This document shows positions 56,883-64,000 of a stretch of DNA of 64,000 nt, one piece after another. Each line of letters starts with the position of its first letter. Within the stretch, counting starts at the first letter, position 1. Where the stretch lies: the NCBI GenBank assembly GCA_964016885.1, contig OZ024742.1, forward strand, positions 309,690,001 through 309,754,000. The letters run 5' to 3'. The translations under genes were made by a program, and so were the position numbers. Source of the DNA: Eledone cirrhosa. Its lineage: Eukaryota. The notes beneath the pieces were generated by a model. That model was not told the DNA's origin. It was given only the letters and a program-made list of their open reading frames with translations, and did no database searches.

Positions 56883-58172
56883 AAACATAAATTATCGAGA
56901 TTCGCATTTCGGCCCACGAAATAACGAAAACAACCTCCGAGATGTGCGGCAAGTGCTCAATGATTCAGATGAACCAGAGCTATAACAAACGTTGAAGGCC
57001 AAACACACTGAGATGATGGTTAAACAATCATTCGCATAGCCAAAAAAAAAAACGATCAAGTAATTCGGGTATTGAAAATTTACCCGGACCCCTGGAAGGT
57101 TGGTAAAATCCAGTATATGGCTTTCTGCGGCTCCTAAATCAAGTACCTAAATCATATATATAATTCAAGATAAATAACCGAACAATAACACAAAGTCTTA
57201 TTAATTTCACACATGTTGGAAAAGTATATCAATGTTTCAACGTCTCGGACGCCGGCCCTTCATCGTGAAAGCGCAATGTTCGGAGAAAGAGGAAGTTAGA
57301 AGGTGAGAAACAATTAAGTGTGAAAATAAAAGAGTTTTATCAGTTGAAGATTTACAAATCCCAAAATGCATAAAATAATTGTAACCCGTGTCAACTACTG
57401 TAGCTTAGAAAATCAGGTAAAATACCTCTATAAACGGGTAAATGTGGCCAACAGTAGTTACGAAGAAAGAAACTAGTACAACTGCTCGTCACTTTTTTCT
57501 GCCTATAGGCTACAGTTATTTTCTGCGTTGGGAATTTGTATATTTTCTAAGAATTACAAACATACCAAATGCGCAATTATTTTCGATATATATATACAGG
57601 GTGTCCCCCAAACATGTATACACACTTTGATTAGAATGTTGTTGAAGTGTGTATACATTTTGTGGGGACAGTCTTTATATATATTTTTTTTTCTGGCAGC
57701 AAACTCTGCTAAGAGTACTAGAGTACTAGAGTACTGCAATCGCTTGTCAGATTATAGAGTTTGGTGCACTTTTAGGCTACTCTCTGAGCATCGCAAACAC
57801 TACCCGAAAAGGAGAACTGGCCAACATCATCGGATGCTTCCGAAGCCGCAGGTTTTTTTTCAGAGTTTCCCTCTCTTAGAAAGGTATGCTTTCAGTCCCA
57901 GGTGAAAAAGAAAATGAAAAAAAAAGTACTATTTGGATGGCCGTTGACTCTGCTGAGTTCCTTCGCCCTTTGCCGGGTCTTGGATTTCATCCCGCAGGGT
58001 GTCCAAATATCACCCTCCTCATCAAGCAAACTTGGGGGGGGGGGGGGGCGGTTTAGTCGCCGACGATCCAACCCATGAGACAGGTTGTACTGGGGTACAT
58101 GTTACCAGTAGCACTCGAGAGCGACCTGACACAGGTATCGGTTGGTTAGGTGTGCAGTATGTTTGTATGTGC

Positions 58173-58233
<61 letters not shown>

Positions 58234-58435
58234 TATATAAGTATGTATACGTACATACATATATGTATACAGACGTACAGTAGTATGTATATATATACAT
58301 ACATGCACACATATATATATGTACGTATGGATTTACCGAACATTTATTATAATGCTCGGTGTGTTTGTAAACAAACATCCCGAATTAAGCCGTTTAGCAA
58401 CCATCGTTGCTCTTTTGTTCAATACTGACAAAGGA

Positions 58436-58474
58436 ACGATGTACTACTTTCAAGCTTATTAGCTATCGTCAGCA
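58436..58474 (-). ncRNA. Minimal hammerhead, copy of the 49453 family
   Basis: TG-CTGACGA-TAGCTAATAAGCTT-GAAA-GTAG-TA-CATCGT; helix I truncated at an inversion junction. Confidence 0.7.
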
Positions 58475-58942
58475 CTGTACGGCTTAATTCGGGGTGTTTG
58501 TTTACAAACACACCGAGCATTATAATAAATGTTCGGTAAATCCATACGTACATATATATATATGTGCATGTATGTATATATATATACATACTACTGTACG
58601 TCTGTATACATATAAGTATGTACGTATACATACTTATATTTAAGTAACAGCCGTACTAAGAGTGAGAAATGAAATTTCGTTTCATTTTTTCCGTTTATAT
58701 AAATATTTATATATATATAAACACACACATACATACAAACATGCTGCACACCTAACCGATTCCTCGGACATTCACTAAGGGCTGAGGGGATAAAGTTAAT
58801 ATAAAGAGTGGTGTGTTCACGTGTGGAGATGCTATAAAATAGCTTATAAAATAATGTCAAGACCCTTGCAGACGGAAAAAGAAGTTGACATCAGCCACTA
58901 CAAGGAATTGAACCTCTTATCTCCCTGATACCATATGCGTAC

Positions 58943-59087
<145 letters not shown>

Positions 59088-59266
59088 CACACACACAGAC
59101 ATAGACACAGACACTGAGATACAGACACACACATATATATATATATATCACGATGGAATAAATTTTAAACTAGTTAGACCATTATTCAAAAGAGTACGCG
59201 ATATATGAAATATATTAGAAAGAGTCGGGACCCGACGGCTGAGCTCTTGCCGTTTCAGCAGCTAGT

Positions 59267-59346
<80 letters not shown>

Positions 59347-59693
59347 CCCTTAAAGCGATGAAATGCCGAGGACGGTTGGAGGGTCACTGATGAGGACTCA
59401 CTTTTTCATATATATATATATATATAAATATATATAGAACTAGCTGCTGAAATGACAAGAGTTCAGCCGCCGTCGGGGTCTTGAACCTTTTCCTATTACC
59501 TACTCTACTACCCAAAGTATCGAGTACTCTGGTGTGTTATGGTCCACCGGGTTCCTTACCACACTTCCTTCGTTATATATATATATATGTATGTATGTAT
59601 ATATATATATATGCTCTACGGTTCGTATATATTTGATATATATTCATCCTTATCGAGCCCTCATTGGATTTTAGTCTTCAAATTTATTACTAT

Positions 59694-59796
<103 letters not shown>

Positions 59797-59825
59797 GCAT
59801 ATATGTATATATATATATATGTGCC

Positions 59826-60049
<224 letters not shown>

Positions 60050-60064
60050 TATATATATATATAC

Positions 60065-60283
<219 letters not shown>

Positions 60284-60312
60284 GGCACATATATATATAT
60301 ATACATATATGC

Positions 60313-60357
<45 letters not shown>

Positions 60358-60378
60358 CATACATGCATATATATATAT

Positions 60379-60436
<58 letters not shown>

Positions 60437-60437
60437 G

Positions 60438-60480
<43 letters not shown>

Positions 60481-60954
60481 ATATATATATATATTTATAT
60501 GTGTGTGTGTGTAGTTATTCGTAATTATGATATACTCTGCGTTCGTAATGATCTATTTATTAAATACCTAAAAAATTCAGGGAAAAATTTTTTTTTTTCA
60601 GTTACAACGTATGATACTTTCTGCTATTTTATATACCTAAAACGAAAGATTCACACGCGTATATTAAACTACTTACACGCAGATATACAAACACACGCTT
60701 TCACCTACATTCTGCACGTGACAGACACGAAATGTGGCTGTAAACAAACATTATCGGCATTGTGCCTGCCCAGCACAGCCTGCCAATCACTCAGCACTTC
60801 TTAAGCTAATTGGTTGATGATATTTAAGACTCCGCCTTCAAAATTTACGTCATGTCTTCATTTTATATAAACAAATACATACATGTAATGTATGTATTAT
60901 ATAAACCACTCACACAGTATGTGCGTGTGTGTGTATATATATACATATATATAG

Positions 60955-61041
<87 letters not shown>

Positions 61042-61291
61042 CATATATATATATACATATATATATACATATATATATACATATATATATACATATATAT
61101 ACATATATATGTATATATACATATATATATACATATATATACATATATATACATATATATATAAACATATATATATACTTATATATACATATACATATAT
61201 ATATATACGTGTGTGATATATATATGTATAGGAATATATATATATATATATATACAGACACAAACACACACGTATATATATATATATACCC

Positions 61292-61344
<53 letters not shown>

Positions 61345-61703
61345 CTATATATATATTATGTTTTCCCTAGATATTATCTGTCATTCATTGAAGTTTTTTT
61401 ATAAATATATAATCTTTTTTATAAATATATAATCTTTTTAATAAATATATACTTTGACAGTCAGACAGACACCTGACATATAAACAACAAAACCCTTGCA
61501 CACAATAACAAAACATTTAAAAACAGGAGCAAGGTCTGTTTCACATACATAAATACATATATACATATATGCATACATACATACATATACATACATACAT
61601 ACATACATACATACATACATACATACGTACATACATACATACATACATATATACATGATGATGGCTGCCCCCTCGTTATCGAGTATGGCCATTGCACGAG
61701 GAG

Positions 61704-61734
<31 letters not shown>

Positions 61735-61884
61735 TACATACATATATACATACATACATATATACATACATACATATGTACATACATACATAAATACATA
61801 CATAAATACATACATATATACATATATGCATACATACATAAATATACATACATACATACATACATATATACATATATACAAAAA

Positions 61885-62660
61885 GCCTGGCATGGAGTTC
61901 CGACAAGTTTATGACATCACACCTTGAGGGATATCTCTATGCAATAAAGGAACAAGAACTCCCTACCAAATATCTGCTGCACAAAAGGGGAGGGCCATCA
62001 GCTGACAATAAATGTAGGCTATGTTAAACAAAGATCGAGGATGTAAGCCACATTGTTGCCAGCTGCGAAAGAATGTCATCTCGCTACTACCTCTCCATGA
62101 GACACGATGGGATAGCTAGAACCATCTGGAAAGCACTTCGGAAAACAAAATTAACAACAAACGAGGAAGAATATATTGAGACAGATGGCACTAAGGAATA
62201 CTGGTGGAACCTGAAAATAAAAACTGCCACCAAATTAAAGCACAACCGGCCTGATATGAGACCACACATTGAAAACGTGTTCTGTTGTGGAGATCAGCTG
62301 CCCACTTGATGTAAACTTTGTCAGAAAAATACAGAAGGAGGAAATCTACGGACCATTGATGAGGAGTTTACAAATCCAGTATCCAAGATACACCTTTAGC
62401 TTCATACCCATCATTATTGGAGCTACGGGTTATATACCCTACCCGCTTGGACCAAAGTATGACTGAACTTGGATTTGCGGACAAAGAGCGCAGCTCCCTA
62501 ATTCATAGTCTACAAATGGCTACGATAGCTGGCACCTTCAAAATTTGCAAAACATTCTTGCGATTCAAGGGATGACAATTTCTTTTCTTTTACAACCTTG
62601 CCACCAGGAAGGTGGCCGGTCAAAAAAATATACTCGAAATTAAGAGAAAGAGATAAACAT
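61885..62660 (+). mobile_element. R4/Dong-clade non-LTR retrotransposon 3' fragment between (ATAC)n tracts
   Basis: EGYLYAIKEQELPTKY; CRLC...EDVSHIVASC...RHD; HNRPD; VVEISCPLD; IPIIIGATG (CCHC plus restriction-like endonuclease), with stops and frameshifts. Confidence 0.85.
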
Positions 62661-64000
62661 ACATACATATATACATATATGCACATATACATAAATATAC
62701 ATACATGCATACATACATACATACATATATGGTGGCTGCCAACTCGTTTTCGAGTACGGCCACTACTTTATATCCATGTAGGAGAACCCCTACCGATGCG
62801 CTGAACGAGTGTGACTTCTTAGTCCAGCCAGCGACTTGAAAACTCTGGTACAAACACTACACATGTGACAATTACTGACACATAGTGCTGGGCCCATGGT
62901 ACCATGGGACGACAAGTGCAGAGAGATCTCCAGATATAAAGCAATGCCTGTGCCGTGAAGCTTTTATAGTGAGCAAAGGCACTGCACAAAGCCAGTCCCA
63001 CTCTCTTAACCAAGATGATATTTACCAAAAAGAAGAACAAGTCAACATCATTGGATACCATCAGAGTTGCAGGTGTTATATCAGAGTTTTCCTTCTAGAA
63101 TTCTGCCTTGACAAAGGCTAAGGGGTCATCTCTCCCGGACATACATATATACATACATACATACATGGTGGCTGCCAACTCGTTTTCGAGCACGGCCACT
63201 ACTTTATATCCATGTAGGAGAACCCCTACCGATGCGCTGAACGAGTGTGACTTTTTAGTCCAGCCAGCGACTTGAAAACTCTGGTACAAACACTACACTT
63301 GTGACAATTATTGACACATAGTGATGGGCCCATGGTACCATGTGACGACAAGTGCAGAGAGATCTCCAGATATAAAGCAATGCCTGTGCCGTGAAGCTTT
63401 TATAGTGAGCAAAGGCACTGCACAAAGCCAGTCCCACTCTCTTAACCAAGATGATATTTATCAAAAAGAAGAACAAGTCAACATCATTGGATACTAGCAG
63501 GGTTGCAGGTGTTATATCAGAGTTTTCCTTCTCCTAGAATTCTGCCTTGAGAAAGGTCATCTCTCCCGCTGATTTTGGATGGCCATTGACTCTTAAGAGC
63601 TCCTTTGCCAGGTTTTGTTTTTAGTCCTGCAGGATGACCAAAGTCACCCTCCTCACCAAGAAACCTTGGGGGGGGGGGAGTTTAGTCCACAACGACCCGA
63701 CCATATGTCAGGTCACCAGTTGGTGCTACTGGTAACATGTATCCCAGTACAACCCTGTCTCATGGTCGGGTCGTTGGCGACTAAACATACATGCATACAT
63801 ATATACATACATACATATATATACATGCATATATACATACATACATAAATACATACATAAATACATTCATAAATACATACATATATACATACATACATAA
63901 ATACATACATGCATACATACAGACACGCATGGTATATCAATGTACGTACGTATGTATGTATGTATGTATGTATGTATGTATGTATGTATGTATGTATGTA

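Noticed and set aside
58880-58935. tRNA gene on the minus strand
   Set aside because: Only a B-box-like arm; no full cloverleaf, probably a SINE head remnant.
62731-62815. HDV-like ribozyme at the 5' end of the ATAC-anchored element
   Set aside because: P1 and P2-like pairings exist (ACTCGTT/AACGAGT), but only about 8 nt are available for P3/L3 and there is no P1.1.

Overview
AT-rich eukaryotic non-coding DNA, most likely from an octopod cephalopod (inferred from the dominant tRNA-derived SINE families and the extreme (TA)n/(CA)n/(ATAC)n load). I find no credible host exon; almost all ORF-track entries are microsatellite translation artefacts. The window is a mosaic of about 20 copies of one SINE, other SINEs, LINE remnants (RTE, Tx1/L1, CR1-like, R4/Dong, CRE-like), two Penelope-like (Naiad-type GIY-YIG) elements, a frameshifted Chapaev3-like transposase, several MITEs, Helitron-like pieces and two minisatellites. 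The main signal is that the short unique-looking modules between (TA)n tracts are mostly Penelope-type pseudo-LTR pieces carrying minimal type I hammerhead ribozymes. I folded about 14 sequence-distinct families by eye. They share non-canonical traits: no G10.1-C11.1 pair, a recurrent C.C mismatch at helix II position 4, CAGAAGA and CUGAAUGA core variants, palindromic helix III and a downstream ACTC...GAGTRCT motif. They very often occur as fold-back inverted pairs. All folds and family names come from manual reading and need computational and biochemical confirmation.
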